Origin: Candidatus Poribacteria bacterium
Lineage (GTDB): Bacteria; Poribacteria; WGA-4E; JAJDTR01
Reading direction: 5' to 3'
Assembly: GCA_965222225.1 (NCBI GenBank)
Contig: CBDCTK010000002.1
Span: forward strand, 4,512,001 to 4,576,000
DNA: 64,000 nt
Below, one piece after another: positions 38,825-49,401 of this stretch (position 1 is its first letter; the number at the start of each line of letters is the position of its first letter). The notes beneath the pieces were generated by a model, which saw only the letters and a list, made by a program, of their open reading frames with translations, was not told where the DNA came from and searched no databases. The translations under genes and the position numbers were made by a program.

Positions 38825-39958
38825 TTGGCAGTGGCTGACGCATCGGGGTGGATGGCACCGGATGTGAAGTACATGCGTCGTGCTTTGGCTCTCGCCGCAC
38901 GGGCACGCGGACGAACAAGCCCCAATCCGCTCGTTGGAGCACTCATTGTGCAAGGAGGCGAGATCGTCGGCGAAGGGTATCATCAAGCGGCGGGAGGAGC
39001 CCATGCAGAGGTTCACGCCATCAATCACGCCGGGGCAGCCGCACGCGGGGGAACACTTTACGTTACGCTTGAACCGTGTGCTCACTATGGACGGACACCT
39101 CCGTGCACGGAGGCGATAATCCGATCGGGAATTGCGCAGGTTTTCGCTGCTCATGTCGATCCGAATCCGAGGGTTGGCGGCAAGGGCATTCGGGAACTTG
39201 AGGAGGCTGGCGTCCGCGTCCATGTTGGCTTGTGTGAGACGGAAGCGCTGCGCCTAAATGAGATTTTCATAAAGTACATCCGGACAAATCAACCGTTCGT
39301 CATCCTCAAGTCGGCGATGAGCCTTGACGGGAAAATCGCGACGGTTACAGGAGAGTCGCAATGGATTTCGTCCGAGGCATCAAGGCTACGCGGGCATGAG
39401 ATTCGAGACGCCGTGGATGCCATATTGGTAGGTGTTAATACCGTTATAAACGATGATCCGTCGTTGACGACGCGTCTTCCAGGACGAGATGGGAAAGATT
39501 CCGCGCGAGTTATCGTTGACTCAGAGTGCCGCACGCCGCCGAGGGCAAGGGTTTTAAATCCAGATAGCAATGGGTACGCCATTGTCGCCACTACCAGACG
39601 AGCGTCAGAGGAACGGATTGCCCGTCTGGAGGCAATGGGAGCAAAGGTCTTGCTGGTTGAGGAAGAAGAAAACCGCGTGTGTCTGTCCTCACTAGTGCAA
39701 GTCCTTGGCTGCCAGGGCATCACCAGCGTGCTAATCGAAGGAGGCGCGGAGGTCAACGCCTCGGCACTAAAAGCCGGGATTGTAGACAAAGTCATGTTCT
39801 TCATCGCTCCAAAGATAATCGGCGGTACGGATGCCCCCAGCCCCATTGGCGGCGAGGGGATTCAGCGCCTAGCGGAAGCACACGAGTTGCGTGATGTGGC
39901 TATCAAGTCGATTAATGGGGATATTCTTATTGAGGGGTATTTGGGGACGGGTTGCTAA
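38825..39958 (+). CDS. ribD: Riboflavin biosynthesis deaminase/reductase
   Basis: TSPNPLVGA, HAE, TLEPCAHYGRTPPC, SLDGKIA, EGG motifs. Confidence 0.95.
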   Translation: MAVADASGWMAPDVKYMRRALALAARARGRTSPNPLVGALIVQGGEIVGEGYHQAAGGAHAEVHAINHAGAAARGGTLYVTLEPCAHYGRTPPCTEAIIRSGIAQVFAAHVDPNPRVGGKGIRELEEAGVRVHVGLCETEALRLNEIFIKYIRTNQPFVILKSAMSLDGKIATVTGESQWISSEASRLRGHEIRDAVDAILVGVNTVINDDPSLTTRLPGRDGKDSARVIVDSECRTPPRARVLNPDSNGYAIVATTRRASEERIARLEAMGAKVLLVEEEENRVCLSSLVQVLGCQGITSVLIEGGAEVNASALKAGIVDKVMFFIAPKIIGGTDAPSPIGGEGIQRLAEAHELRDVAIKSINGDILIEGYLGTGC

Positions 39959-39985
39959 TCAGCTGATCCTCCCGAGTTGAGTCGT

Positions 39986-40630
39986 ATGTTCACGGGAATT
40001 ATTGAGGAAATCGGTGTCGTTAGTGAGGTAAAGCGAGCTTCGCAAGGCGCGGTTCTAGCCGTTGACGCCTCAGATGTTCTGACAGATAGCAACGTTGGTG
40101 ATAGTATAGCGATTGACGGGGTCTGCCTGACAATGACGCAGGCGGACAGTACGAGGTTTACAGCTGACATCTCCGCCGAGACGCTACGTCGTACAACCTT
40201 GGGCGACCGAAGTCGAGGGGATGGCGTCAATCTAGAGCGTTCGCTGCAACTCAACTCCCGATTGGGCGGTCACATTGTGTTGGGTCACGTTGACGATGTG
40301 GGTGTTATTAGTGGTTGGTGGGATGAAGGCGATTCGTCAATGATGCGTGTCTCCGCATCTCCCGATGTGATGCGATATGTTGTATTCAAGGGATCCATCT
40401 GCGTTGACGGGATTAGCCTGACAATTGCCAATCTATTTGAAACCGAATTTGAAATCGCGCTCATCCCGCATACAAAGCAGGTGACAACCATTGGAAAGAA
40501 GCGGGTGGGAGATCGCGTGAATATTGAGGTTGACCTGTTGGGGCGATATGTCGAGAGATTGCTGGCGGAGCAAGCAAAAAAGCCTACTTCGGTAGACCTT
40601 GCGTTATTGAAGTCACACGGATACGCCTAG
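39986..40630 (+). CDS. ribE: Riboflavin synthase alpha chain
   Basis: MFTGII start, GVCLT, GGHIVLGHVD, KGSICVDGISLT motifs. Confidence 0.95.
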   Translation: MFTGIIEEIGVVSEVKRASQGAVLAVDASDVLTDSNVGDSIAIDGVCLTMTQADSTRFTADISAETLRRTTLGDRSRGDGVNLERSLQLNSRLGGHIVLGHVDDVGVISGWWDEGDSSMMRVSASPDVMRYVVFKGSICVDGISLTIANLFETEFEIALIPHTKQVTTIGKKRVGDRVNIEVDLLGRYVERLLAEQAKKPTSVDLALLKSHGYA

Positions 40631-40654
40631 TAAAAGCCTGAAAAGGGACAAGCC

Positions 40655-41920
40655 ATGAAGTTCAATACGATTCCGGAAGCCATTGAGGCGGTGCGAGATG
40701 GGGAATTAATCGTGGTGGTGGACGACCCCGGTCGAGAGAACGAGGGCGATCTCATTATGGCGGCTGAAAAGGTGACGCCTGAAGCGATTAACTTCATGGC
40801 AAGGTACGGACGCGGATTAATATGTTTGCCCGCTTGCGCGAAACGCCTTTCCGACCTAAATCTTGACCCGATGGTTCCGGACAACACCGAGCATATGCGA
40901 ACCGCCTTCACCGTGAGCATTGATGCAAAGGAGGTCACTACGGGAATATCCGCTTACGAACGCGCGTGTACAATTCGCAAATTCGTTGACCCGAACTCGG
41001 TATCGGAGGACTTTTCCAGGCCCGGACATATTTTTCCGCTGCAGGCGATAGAAGGGGGCGTCCTTCGAAGGGCGGGACACACGGAGGCGACGGTGGATCT
41101 TGCGCGACTCGCAGGGTTAGCTCCGGCAGGCGTGCTGTGTGAGGTCTTGAATGAGGACGGAACAATGGCGCGTGTCCCGGAGTTGTTGAAGTTTGCCGAG
41201 AAACACAATTTGAAAATCGTCACGATTGCCGACCTCATCGCCTATCGCCGACAGACTGAAACACTTGTCAAGCGGGTCGCTGAGGCTGCATTTCCGACGG
41301 ATCGCGGTCAATTCAAGCTCTACGCCTACGAGAGTACGAATGACGAAAAGACGCACATTGCCCTCGTGAAAGGCGATTTTTCGGATGGCGTACCGGTGTT
41401 GGTGCGTGTTCATTCGCAGTGTTTAACCGGAGACGTGTTCGGTTCTCTCCGCTGCGACTGCGGCGAGCAGTTGCAGTTGGCGGAGGAGATGATTGAAAAG
41501 GAGGGACGGGGCGTGCTGCTTTACATGCGGCAGGAGGGGCGCGGCATGGGACTGCGGAACAAAATTCGCGCTTACAACTTGCAGGACAGCGAAGGCTTGG
41601 ATACCGTTGAAGCAAACGAGCGTCTCGGATTCCCGCCGGATCTGAGGGACTACGGCATCGGTGCGCAGATTTTAACAGACTTGGGAGTTCGCAAAATGCG
41701 TTTGATGACGAACAACCCGCAGAAGGTCACAGGTTTAGCGGGGCACGGTCTTGAGATTGTGGAGCAAGTTTCCTTACAGACTGTACCACACGAGTTTAAT
41801 CGGAATTACCTTGCGGTGAAACGTTCGAAACTCGGACATCTCCTGCTTCATCCGGTGCTAGAGCCGGAGGATTCGACATCCACAAATCCAACCGACAATA
41901 CAGGAAATACTCTGTCCTAG
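40655..41920 (+). CDS. ribBA: Bifunctional DHBP synthase / GTP cyclohydrolase II
   Basis: [32 protein letters not shown] motifs. Confidence 0.95.
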   Translation: MKFNTIPEAIEAVRDGELIVVVDDPGRENEGDLIMAAEKVTPEAINFMARYGRGLICLPACAKRLSDLNLDPMVPDNTEHMRTAFTVSIDAKEVTTGISAYERACTIRKFVDPNSVSEDFSRPGHIFPLQAIEGGVLRRAGHTEATVDLARLAGLAPAGVLCEVLNEDGTMARVPELLKFAEKHNLKIVTIADLIAYRRQTETLVKRVAEAAFPTDRGQFKLYAYESTNDEKTHIALVKGDFSDGVPVLVRVHSQCLTGDVFGSLRCDCGEQLQLAEEMIEKEGRGVLLYMRQEGRGMGLRNKIRAYNLQDSEGLDTVEANERLGFPPDLRDYGIGAQILTDLGVRKMRLMTNNPQKVTGLAGHGLEIVEQVSLQTVPHEFNRNYLAVKRSKLGHLLLHPVLEPEDSTSTNPTDNTGNTLS

Positions 41921-41946
41921 AACATTACGATCAATCTAAGAGAACA

Positions 41947-42423
41947 ATGCCAACTACCTACGAAGGGAACCTAATCGGTACCAATCTCAGAATCGGAATC
42001 GTTGTCAGCCGGTTTAACGGCTTTATAACCACCAAATTACTTGACGGCGCCTTAGATTCGCTAAAGCGGCACGGTGTGAACCTTGAGGATGTCGACGTGT
42101 TTTGGACGCCGGGATCTTTCGAGATCCCAGCTACCGCAAAGCGCCTCGCCGAAAAGGGGAGATATGATGCGATTGTGTGCCTTGGCGCGGTTATCCGGGG
42201 AGCGACACCCCATTTCGACTACGTCGCCAATGAGAGCGCGAAAGGGATTGCTCAGGTTGGCCTGAATACGGGAGTCCCTGCAATCTACGGCGTGATTACG
42301 ACGGATACCATCGAACAGGCGATCGAGCGTGCCGGGACAAAGGCAGGGAACAAGGGGGCAGAGGCGGCGGTCACCGCGATTGAGATGGCAAATCTGTATC
42401 GGCAGATTGACGAGGTAGACTGA
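41947..42423 (+). CDS. ribH: 6,7-dimethyl-8-ribityllumazine synthase
   Basis: [34 protein letters not shown] motifs. Confidence 0.95.
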   Translation: MPTTYEGNLIGTNLRIGIVVSRFNGFITTKLLDGALDSLKRHGVNLEDVDVFWTPGSFEIPATAKRLAEKGRYDAIVCLGAVIRGATPHFDYVANESAKGIAQVGLNTGVPAIYGVITTDTIEQAIERAGTKAGNKGAEAAVTAIEMANLYRQIDEVD

Positions 42424-42425
42424 AT

Positions 42426-43313
42426 TTGATTGAAGCAACAGTTCTGTCTGGAGATTGCACATCACTTCTTCGGCAACACACCAATATCGGACATGTGGAC
42501 CTTACGTTTCTTGATCCGCCGTTCAATCAAGACAAAGAGTATAATGCGTGGAATGACAACTTGCCTGATGAGGAGTATTGGCAATGGATGCGGGATGTGT
42601 GTAAGGAGGTCCATGCGTTAACATCCGATGGCGGCGCAATCTACTTCATGCAGCGCGAGAAAAACAGTGAGTTTGTTCTCCGCTGTCTGCGCGAGTCAGG
42701 TTGGACGTTTCAAAATCTAATAATTTGGAAAAAGAAGACCTCCGCTGTACCCGCCATAAAGCGCTATGGCAAGCACTACCAAATCATCGCGTTTGGGACG
42801 AAAGGAAAAAGCCCGAGACTATTCAACCGCCTGAGAATCGACCCGCCACTCCCTGCCGGCTACAAGTATCAACGCGACAATGGCATGTTTGTGACTGACG
42901 TGTGGGATGACATTCGAGAGATGACCTCCGGCTATTTTGCGGGCGACGAGGCCTTATACGATACACAAGCCAATCGTGCGCACAAGCAGCAGTCACCCAT
43001 CCAACTCCTGATTCGGATTATCCTTTCTTCGACAGATCCCGGGCATGTTGTTCTTGATCCGTTTGCGGGTTCGGGAACGACATTGGTCGTCGCTAGTCAA
43101 CTCAATCGAAAGTCTATTGGAATCGATCTAGATTCCCACAACGTTAAAATCATCATTGATCGGCTTTCTGAGAAAAGGAAGGCCGATGATGTTTCACGCT
43201 TTCTAAAGGACTACGCATGCACTTCGGGATTGAAAGGAATTTGGGGAGAGAGTATATCCGCATCACATGATTCGCTAGCCTCCCGACAGACGACACTCTT
43301 TGAGAAAGAATAG
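42426..43313 (+). CDS. N6A/N4C DNA methyltransferase, beta-class motif order
   Basis: DPPFN before VLDPFAGSGTT. Confidence 0.88.
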   Translation: MIEATVLSGDCTSLLRQHTNIGHVDLTFLDPPFNQDKEYNAWNDNLPDEEYWQWMRDVCKEVHALTSDGGAIYFMQREKNSEFVLRCLRESGWTFQNLIIWKKKTSAVPAIKRYGKHYQIIAFGTKGKSPRLFNRLRIDPPLPAGYKYQRDNGMFVTDVWDDIREMTSGYFAGDEALYDTQANRAHKQQSPIQLLIRIILSSTDPGHVVLDPFAGSGTTLVVASQLNRKSIGIDLDSHNVKIIIDRLSEKRKADDVSRFLKDYACTSGLKGIWGESISASHDSLASRQTTLFEKE

Positions 43314-44162
43314 ATGGCTTATTCAATCTATCATTTCTTCGCCGACCTCTGCCAAAAGAGCGACGAACTGACATGGGCAAGTCCGCTTGATTCATTCCCG
43401 TTTGATGAGCGAATGCTGTCTTGCGTTAACAAAGGCAAGTTTCCCGACTTGGCTATCAAACTCAATCATGATGACGGGCTGTTTAGTGGAGGCGAGTTGA
43501 TTGAACTCAAGGATAGCAGCAAATCCTATTCGGTAGCGTCCTTTAATTCGACCATTCCTACGGGCGAAAAGGAAATTCGAAAATTAATTATTGGTACAGC
43601 GAACGTTATTCGAACTCAGATGCAAGAGGCGGGTAACGATATACTTTCGTTGCCTATTCGGCAAGTATTCTATTTGGTTCGCGGCAAAAAGACTCCGGAT
43701 ATAAAAATCTGCTTGTCTCACGGCAAATTCTTTGAGACAATTCCCGTTTCAACACTTATTCCCGAAGCCTTTGGGCAAGCCCTTGAAGAACGGCTTGCTG
43801 AGCTTGAATTGGAGTTGTCGGAACCGATGAAACAAGCTTTGTTAGACATATTCAGCGAACAGGAGACCTTCAGTAGAACAAGAAGCATTGAGAATGCATC
43901 AGTTCGGCTACGTTTTCGAATTATGACACAAGCTGAAAGAGGTGCGAATCTTTTGAATCCAAATCAGTATCCCCAAATCGGTGACAATACGATGAACTTT
44001 GCCGTACCATGTCACGATGAGGCAGAGAAGGAATCGCATATCCATCGAATGCAAACCGCCTTTCGCCAAATGGACGCTTTGCACCTGTACTCTCAAATGG
44101 GAGTCTTTCTTCTACAACATCATTATAACGGTAACTTCCTAATCTTCCAGACAAATCTCTAA
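43314..44162 (+). CDS. Hypothetical protein, putative PD-(D/E)xK restriction endonuclease
   Basis: FPD...IELKD and FNSTIP; abuts the MTase stop codon. Confidence 0.5.
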   Translation: MAYSIYHFFADLCQKSDELTWASPLDSFPFDERMLSCVNKGKFPDLAIKLNHDDGLFSGGELIELKDSSKSYSVASFNSTIPTGEKEIRKLIIGTANVIRTQMQEAGNDILSLPIRQVFYLVRGKKTPDIKICLSHGKFFETIPVSTLIPEAFGQALEERLAELELELSEPMKQALLDIFSEQETFSRTRSIENASVRLRFRIMTQAERGANLLNPNQYPQIGDNTMNFAVPCHDEAEKESHIHRMQTAFRQMDALHLYSQMGVFLLQHHYNGNFLIFQTNL

Positions 44163-44180
44163 TCAATCTGAGAACTCCCA

Positions 44181-44786
44181 ATGATCGCAATTATCGACTA
44201 CGGCGCAGGAAACCTGACAAGTGTTGAACGCGCGGTCACCTACTTGGGCTATGATGGCAAAATCACCGCCGACGCGGATACCATTTTGTCATCGGAGAAG
44301 GTGATTTTCCCGGGCGTCGGCGCCGCACGCGCAACAATGGACAACCTCAACGTGCACGGGCTTTCGGATGTGTTGAAGTCGTGCTACAAAACCGGCAAAT
44401 CGATGCTGGGAATATGCATCGGCATCCAAATCCTGTTTGATTACAGCGAGGAGGGAGACACCGAGTGTCTCGGGATTTTGCCGGGGGTTGTTGACAAATT
44501 TGAAGCGACACCTCAATTGAAGGTACCGCAGATCGGTTGGAACAAGGTGTATCAAACCGAATCGCACCCGATTTTCGAGGGGGTTCCCAATCCCGCACAC
44601 TTCTACTTCGTCAATTCATACTATCCCATTCCAGCACAACCCACCGCCGTCATCGGCAAAACAATCTACGGCGTCGAATTCTGTAGTGTGGTGGCGCGCC
44701 AAAACCTCATCGCAACCCAGTTTCATCTGGAGAAAAGTGGTCGAGTAGGATTGAAGATGCTCGACAATTTTTTGCGGAGTAAATGA
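44181..44786 (+). CDS. hisH: Imidazole glycerol phosphate synthase subunit HisH
   Basis: IDYGAGNLTSV, PGVG, GICIG, VPQIGWN, QFHLEKSG motifs. Confidence 0.92.
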   Translation: MIAIIDYGAGNLTSVERAVTYLGYDGKITADADTILSSEKVIFPGVGAARATMDNLNVHGLSDVLKSCYKTGKSMLGICIGIQILFDYSEEGDTECLGILPGVVDKFEATPQLKVPQIGWNKVYQTESHPIFEGVPNPAHFYFVNSYYPIPAQPTAVIGKTIYGVEFCSVVARQNLIATQFHLEKSGRVGLKMLDNFLRSK

Positions 44787-46348
44787 GAACCTTTCTGCTG
44801 TCATGCGTCGTCATATTTATCAACTTCTTTATTTACCGGTCACGCATCCCTCAGTATTACGATGTCGCTTCACATCTCTACTACGTCGTGATGATTCTTG
44901 CCGCCAGATATGATGCGCGGCTTGGGCAGCGAATCCTGCTGACACTCACGACAACAGCCAACTGGTTGTTTGTCCTCCGCCATATCAATCAACAGGCGCA
45001 TTGGGTTGTCGCCTCGGCGGCAGTGGCGACGTTGTATCCCTTTATCGCCTATTTCATCGTGCGAACAATCAGACAACTTAATGCACAGCGCCTCACAACC
45101 GAGCGGCAGATTGGTCGGATAAATGCGGCGAACTCGGATCTTGAGAAGCGTATCCGCGATCAATCCACCCTGTTCGAGGTTAGCGAAGCCGCTAGCGCCG
45201 ATATTGAACTGGAGGAATTGTTTCAGCGGGTAATACGGATTCTCGCAGATCGATTGGGCATTTATCGTGGTACGCTGCGGCTGGAGAAGAATGGCGAGTT
45301 GGTAAAGTGCGCCGAAGCCATCTTAGGTCTAACTTCGGCGGAGATTAAGCGCGGTACCGACAGTCAGATTGACGAAATCCAGCAAAACGTATTATCCTCC
45401 GGAGAAGCGATTGGCGTGCCTCATTCTCGCAAACCGCTAAAACGGATGGAGCTCCCCAAAGCGTGGTCTGTTCAATCCAAAGATCGTATCGCATTCTGGT
45501 GCATCCCGCTGATTGTCGATGAAAAGGTTGTGGGAACACTTGCCATTGACAAGGGATCGGACAAGTTCGCCACGGGAGATGAGGTTCGAATTCTCACGAT
45601 AATTGCCTCCATCTTGGCTCAACGGGTTAAGATTCAGCAGATGATAGATGCCTTGGTTCAGTCGGAGAGACTGGTGACGCTGGGAAAGTTGGCTGCGACC
45701 GTTGCGCACGAGGTCAGGAATCCGTTGGGCGGAATCCGTGGCGCTAGCCAATTGCTCCAGATGACCGATGGTGACAATGAATCCAATGGCGAGATACACG
45801 AATACACAAATGTGATTATCAAGGAAGTAGATCGTCTGAACCGTGTGATTGAGCAGCTTTTGGCTTTTGGCAATCCGCATACGCTCACGTTTGAACCACA
45901 CGGCATTCAGGTATTGATTGATGACAGCCTTTCGATTTGCGAACCGGAGTTCAGTCAAAACCGTATCCGCGTAGATTTCGAACACGATGAAAGTTGCCCG
46001 CTTGTGCCGATTAACACCGACGGACTAACACAGGTTTTCCTGAACCTGTTTCGCAATGCGATTGAGTCAATGGAAAACGGCGGCGTTTTGTCTGTCCGAA
46101 CGTCGTACGATGCGGCACAGGGAGCGGTTCATGTCCGTATCCAAGACACCGGGCGCGGCATCTCTCCGCAACTAGCCTCCCAACTGTTTGATCCCTTCTA
46201 CACAACGAAGCAGAAGGGCACCGGCTTGGGACTTTCAATCAGTCAACAGATTGTCGAGGAGCACGATGGCACGATTGAAGTCGATGTAACCCAACCTCAA
46301 GGGACGGCGTTTGTTATTACACTACCGGCACAGGTTGATAAGGCGTGA
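44783..46348 (+). CDS. Membrane GAF-domain sensor histidine kinase (NtrB-like)
   Basis: TM N-terminus, AHEVRNPL H-box, NLFRNA, DTGRG, FYTTK, GTGLGL. Confidence 0.9.
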   Translation: MRTFLLSCVVIFINFFIYRSRIPQYYDVASHLYYVVMILAARYDARLGQRILLTLTTTANWLFVLRHINQQAHWVVASAAVATLYPFIAYFIVRTIRQLNAQRLTTERQIGRINAANSDLEKRIRDQSTLFEVSEAASADIELEELFQRVIRILADRLGIYRGTLRLEKNGELVKCAEAILGLTSAEIKRGTDSQIDEIQQNVLSSGEAIGVPHSRKPLKRMELPKAWSVQSKDRIAFWCIPLIVDEKVVGTLAIDKGSDKFATGDEVRILTIIASILAQRVKIQQMIDALVQSERLVTLGKLAATVAHEVRNPLGGIRGASQLLQMTDGDNESNGEIHEYTNVIIKEVDRLNRVIEQLLAFGNPHTLTFEPHGIQVLIDDSLSICEPEFSQNRIRVDFEHDESCPLVPINTDGLTQVFLNLFRNAIESMENGGVLSVRTSYDAAQGAVHVRIQDTGRGISPQLASQLFDPFYTTKQKGTGLGLSISQQIVEEHDGTIEVDVTQPQGTAFVITLPAQVDKA

Positions 46349-46383
46349 ACTCCTTACAATGCTGTTTCGGGTGGCACTGATTC

Positions 46384-47859
46384 ATGCCCATAAAAACATC
46401 TATGGAACACTCAATTCTAATCGCCGATGATGACGACAGCATCCGGTTTACATTAACTAGACTTCTTGAGAAGACGGGATATCTCGTGCACGCTGCGCGC
46501 AATGGGAGTGAGACACTTGCCTGCCTTGACGCGGAACCGATAGATGTTGTCCTTCTCGACATCAGAATGCCGGACGCTGACGGATTAGAGTTAATCGAAG
46601 ATATCCAAGAGATTAATAGTACGGCTTCGATTATTGTCATGACTGCCCACGGCACCACAGAAACAGCGATAAAGGCAGCCAAACGCCGCGCCTACAATTA
46701 TTTCACAAAACCGTTCGATAATGATGTCGTCGTGTCGATGGTGTCCCGTGCAGCGAATGCGGCACGCCAAGCGAAGGCGTCCGTGGAAGCGGATACTAAA
46801 GCAGAAAAGGGGGATGGCGAACCACAACAACACGCCGACGCGAAAGAGACGCGACTAGTGGGTGAAAGCCCGGCTATGCATGAGGTGTATCTCGTTATCG
46901 GACGCGCGGCGGTTAGCGACGAAACTGTCCTCATTATGGGAGAGAGTGGAACGGGAAAAGAACTGGTTGCCCGGGCAATTCACGAAAATAGCGGTAGAGC
47001 AGACAACGAATTTGTTGTCGTTGACTGTAGCGCGATTCCACCGACTTTAATCGAAAGCGCGCTTTTCGGGCATGTTCGGGGTGCTTATACCGGTGCGGAG
47101 GTGGCACGCCAAGGGAAGTTTGAACAGGCTAACCGAGGCACCATTTTTCTTGATGAAGTTGGAGAACTGCCAATCGAGGTGCAGATGAAGTTGCTGCGTG
47201 TTCTTCAGGAGCGGGAGGTTGAACCTGTTGGATCCAATGAAACACGTCAAGTCGATGTCCGCGTCGTTGCGGCTACGAATCGACAACTGCAGCAATCTAT
47301 CCAGGAGAGCAGCTTTCGAAGAGATTTGTATTATCGGCTTAATATCATCCCCATCTATCTGCCGCCTCTGCGTGAGCGCAAAACGGATATTCCCGACCTG
47401 ATTGACTTTTTCATTTCTCGGTTCGCGGAGGAATACGCACAGCCCAAAGCGACGATTTCGTCCGAAGCGTTCAAGCGGCTTATGGCTTATGATTGGCCCG
47501 GAAACATCCGGGAACTTGAGAATACGCTTAAGCGAGCGCTAGTGTTGTGCTCGGGCCGCGTACTCTTACCGGAGCATTTTCCACAGTTTGTCGAAGGGGA
47601 AATTCCTTGGTCAGCCTTGGAAGGATCGACGCTTGAGGGACAACTGCGCATACTTCTGAATAAGTGGGTACGTCAAAACCTTGACTCTGGCGAATCCGAG
47701 GGTGAACTTTATTCCAAAATACGCGCGATTTTCGAGAAGCCGCTGTTCGAAAGTGTTCTTAAGCAAACCGGCTGGAATCGGAGTAAAGCGGCAGACATTT
47801 TGGGAATAAACCGAAATACGCTGCATTCCAAAATGGATGAACATGGTATTAAACACTAG
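46384..47859 (+). CDS. Sigma54-dependent response regulator (NtrC family)
   Basis: REC domain, GESGTGKE, GAYTGA, FLDEVG, WPGNIREL, Fis HTH. Confidence 0.92.
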   Translation: MPIKTSMEHSILIADDDDSIRFTLTRLLEKTGYLVHAARNGSETLACLDAEPIDVVLLDIRMPDADGLELIEDIQEINSTASIIVMTAHGTTETAIKAAKRRAYNYFTKPFDNDVVVSMVSRAANAARQAKASVEADTKAEKGDGEPQQHADAKETRLVGESPAMHEVYLVIGRAAVSDETVLIMGESGTGKELVARAIHENSGRADNEFVVVDCSAIPPTLIESALFGHVRGAYTGAEVARQGKFEQANRGTIFLDEVGELPIEVQMKLLRVLQEREVEPVGSNETRQVDVRVVAATNRQLQQSIQESSFRRDLYYRLNIIPIYLPPLRERKTDIPDLIDFFISRFAEEYAQPKATISSEAFKRLMAYDWPGNIRELENTLKRALVLCSGRVLLPEHFPQFVEGEIPWSALEGSTLEGQLRILLNKWVRQNLDSGESEGELYSKIRAIFEKPLFESVLKQTGWNRSKAADILGINRNTLHSKMDEHGIKH

Positions 47860-47948
47860 ACCCCATCAGATTTTGCGCGTTACCGCTTGACATCGTTGCC
47901 GCAACTTTATATGATTTTAAGCACTATCCAAAAGAGGCTGAACACCTT

Positions 47949-48245
47949 ATGGACATCGGAAAGGTCATCGGTACAGTTGTGGCAACCCGAAAGGACGCTA
48001 GCCTGAATGGGACTCGGCTCTTGGTTGTGCAGCCCCTTGACGGGAATGGTGAGTCCACAGGGAAACCAATCGTCGCGACAGACACTCATTTCCAAGCGGG
48101 TCGTGGAGACACTATCTATATGGTTACGGGCGGAGACGCGGTTGGCGTGTTACCGGGTCGCAAGATGCCTGTCGACGCGGCTATTGTCGGGATTGTTGAT
48201 TCGATTAGCCATGCCGAGGGACTGCCCGGTAACGAGGAGACGTAA
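47949..48245 (+). CDS. EutN/CcmL microcompartment vertex protein (BMC-P)
   Basis: GKVIGTVVATRKD..L.G..LLVVQP, PVDAAIVGIVD motifs. Confidence 0.9.
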   Translation: MDIGKVIGTVVATRKDASLNGTRLLVVQPLDGNGESTGKPIVATDTHFQAGRGDTIYMVTGGDAVGVLPGRKMPVDAAIVGIVDSISHAEGLPGNEET

Positions 48246-48247
48246 GC

Positions 48248-48571
48248 GTGTACATTGCCAAGGTCGTCGGGAAAGTGGTGTCGGTCATCAAACATGCGGC
48301 GTATGAAAATCGAACGCTGTTGCTCGTGCAGCCACTGAGCCTAAAGTCTCAGCTTGTTAGAAAGCCCACTATCGCTGTCGATTATGTCGGGGCGGGGGAA
48401 GGCGATGTCGTGCTTGTTGGCGCGGGTCCAGGGACGGCTGAAGAGGTTTTCGGAATCCAAAATGCTCCGATACGCGAATTGGTGATGGGGATTATCGATC
48501 GGTTTGATGTGTCTGCCGATGTTGAAGTAAACGCAGGTGACACGATTGAGCATCGACCTATGTCCAGCTAG
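48248..48571 (+). CDS. Second EutN/CcmL vertex protein
   Basis: AKVVGKVVSVIKH, AVDYVGAGEGD, VMGIID motifs. Confidence 0.85.
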   Translation: MYIAKVVGKVVSVIKHAAYENRTLLLVQPLSLKSQLVRKPTIAVDYVGAGEGDVVLVGAGPGTAEEVFGIQNAPIRELVMGIIDRFDVSADVEVNAGDTIEHRPMSS

Positions 48572-48615
48572 AAACGCTTGCGTTCCAATTGCCAATCTAT
48601 TGAGGGTGCCAAATC

Positions 48616-49401
48616 TTGTTTATTCCATTGGGTAGTTTCTGCTCGGACGAGCAATCTGTGAAACCGCGGGTCGTTCAATGTCTAATCTTCGTTAATCTCT
48701 CTGTTTGCGTTTACCAGCTCTGTCTATATTATGACGATATTTCCTTTATGATGAGGCACGGCGCAGTGCCTAGGGATATTGTCTCCGTTATTGACGCAAT
48801 TCCATTTTTTCCGGTCATTTTTCCCAATCTTCTTCATCCAAGTCTTATTACTTCACTTTTTCTCCATGATGCCCGGGTCATGGAAGGCGGGTTGATTCAC
48901 ATCATCGGAAACATGCTGTATTTATCAGCTTTTGGTCCAAACTTGGAGGCTCGGATTGGGCATTTCAGGTTTCTTATCCTTTACTTTTTTTCGGGTGTTA
49001 CCGCAACGCTCCTGTACGTTTTGGTGCATTATGATTCCACTATTCCCCTCATTGGGGCGAGCGGGGCCGTTGCGGGCGTGATGGGAGCGCACTTTGTTGC
49101 CTGTCGAAGGTCACGCATTCGATGCTTGTGTCTAATTTTTATCCGCTCCCTGCCCGCCAGTGTGGTGCTCTTACCTTGGATAGTCATTCAAGTCGTGAAC
49201 ATTTCCCTTTCCTACCATGGATCGCCTGTGGCATGGTTAGCGCACATAGGCGGATTTGCAATGGGAATCTTCTGCATCAAGAAGCTCTTGCGTTTTCCTC
49301 TCCAAGTTCAACCTAGGAGCAATCGACGTACAGTACCCCAACAAAGATCCGATTGGACAGGTCAAACGCCGCTTTTGTCCCCTGTGAGGAGAAGAAAATG
49401 A
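48616..49401 (+). CDS. Rhomboid intramembrane serine protease
   Basis: HIIGNM, GASG, AHIGGF motifs. Confidence 0.88.
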   Translation: MFIPLGSFCSDEQSVKPRVVQCLIFVNLSVCVYQLCLYYDDISFMMRHGAVPRDIVSVIDAIPFFPVIFPNLLHPSLITSLFLHDARVMEGGLIHIIGNMLYLSAFGPNLEARIGHFRFLILYFFSGVTATLLYVLVHYDSTIPLIGASGAVAGVMGAHFVACRRSRIRCLCLIFIRSLPASVVLLPWIVIQVVNISLSYHGSPVAWLAHIGGFAMGIFCIKKLLRFPLQVQPRSNRRTVPQQRSDWTGQTPLLSPVRRRK

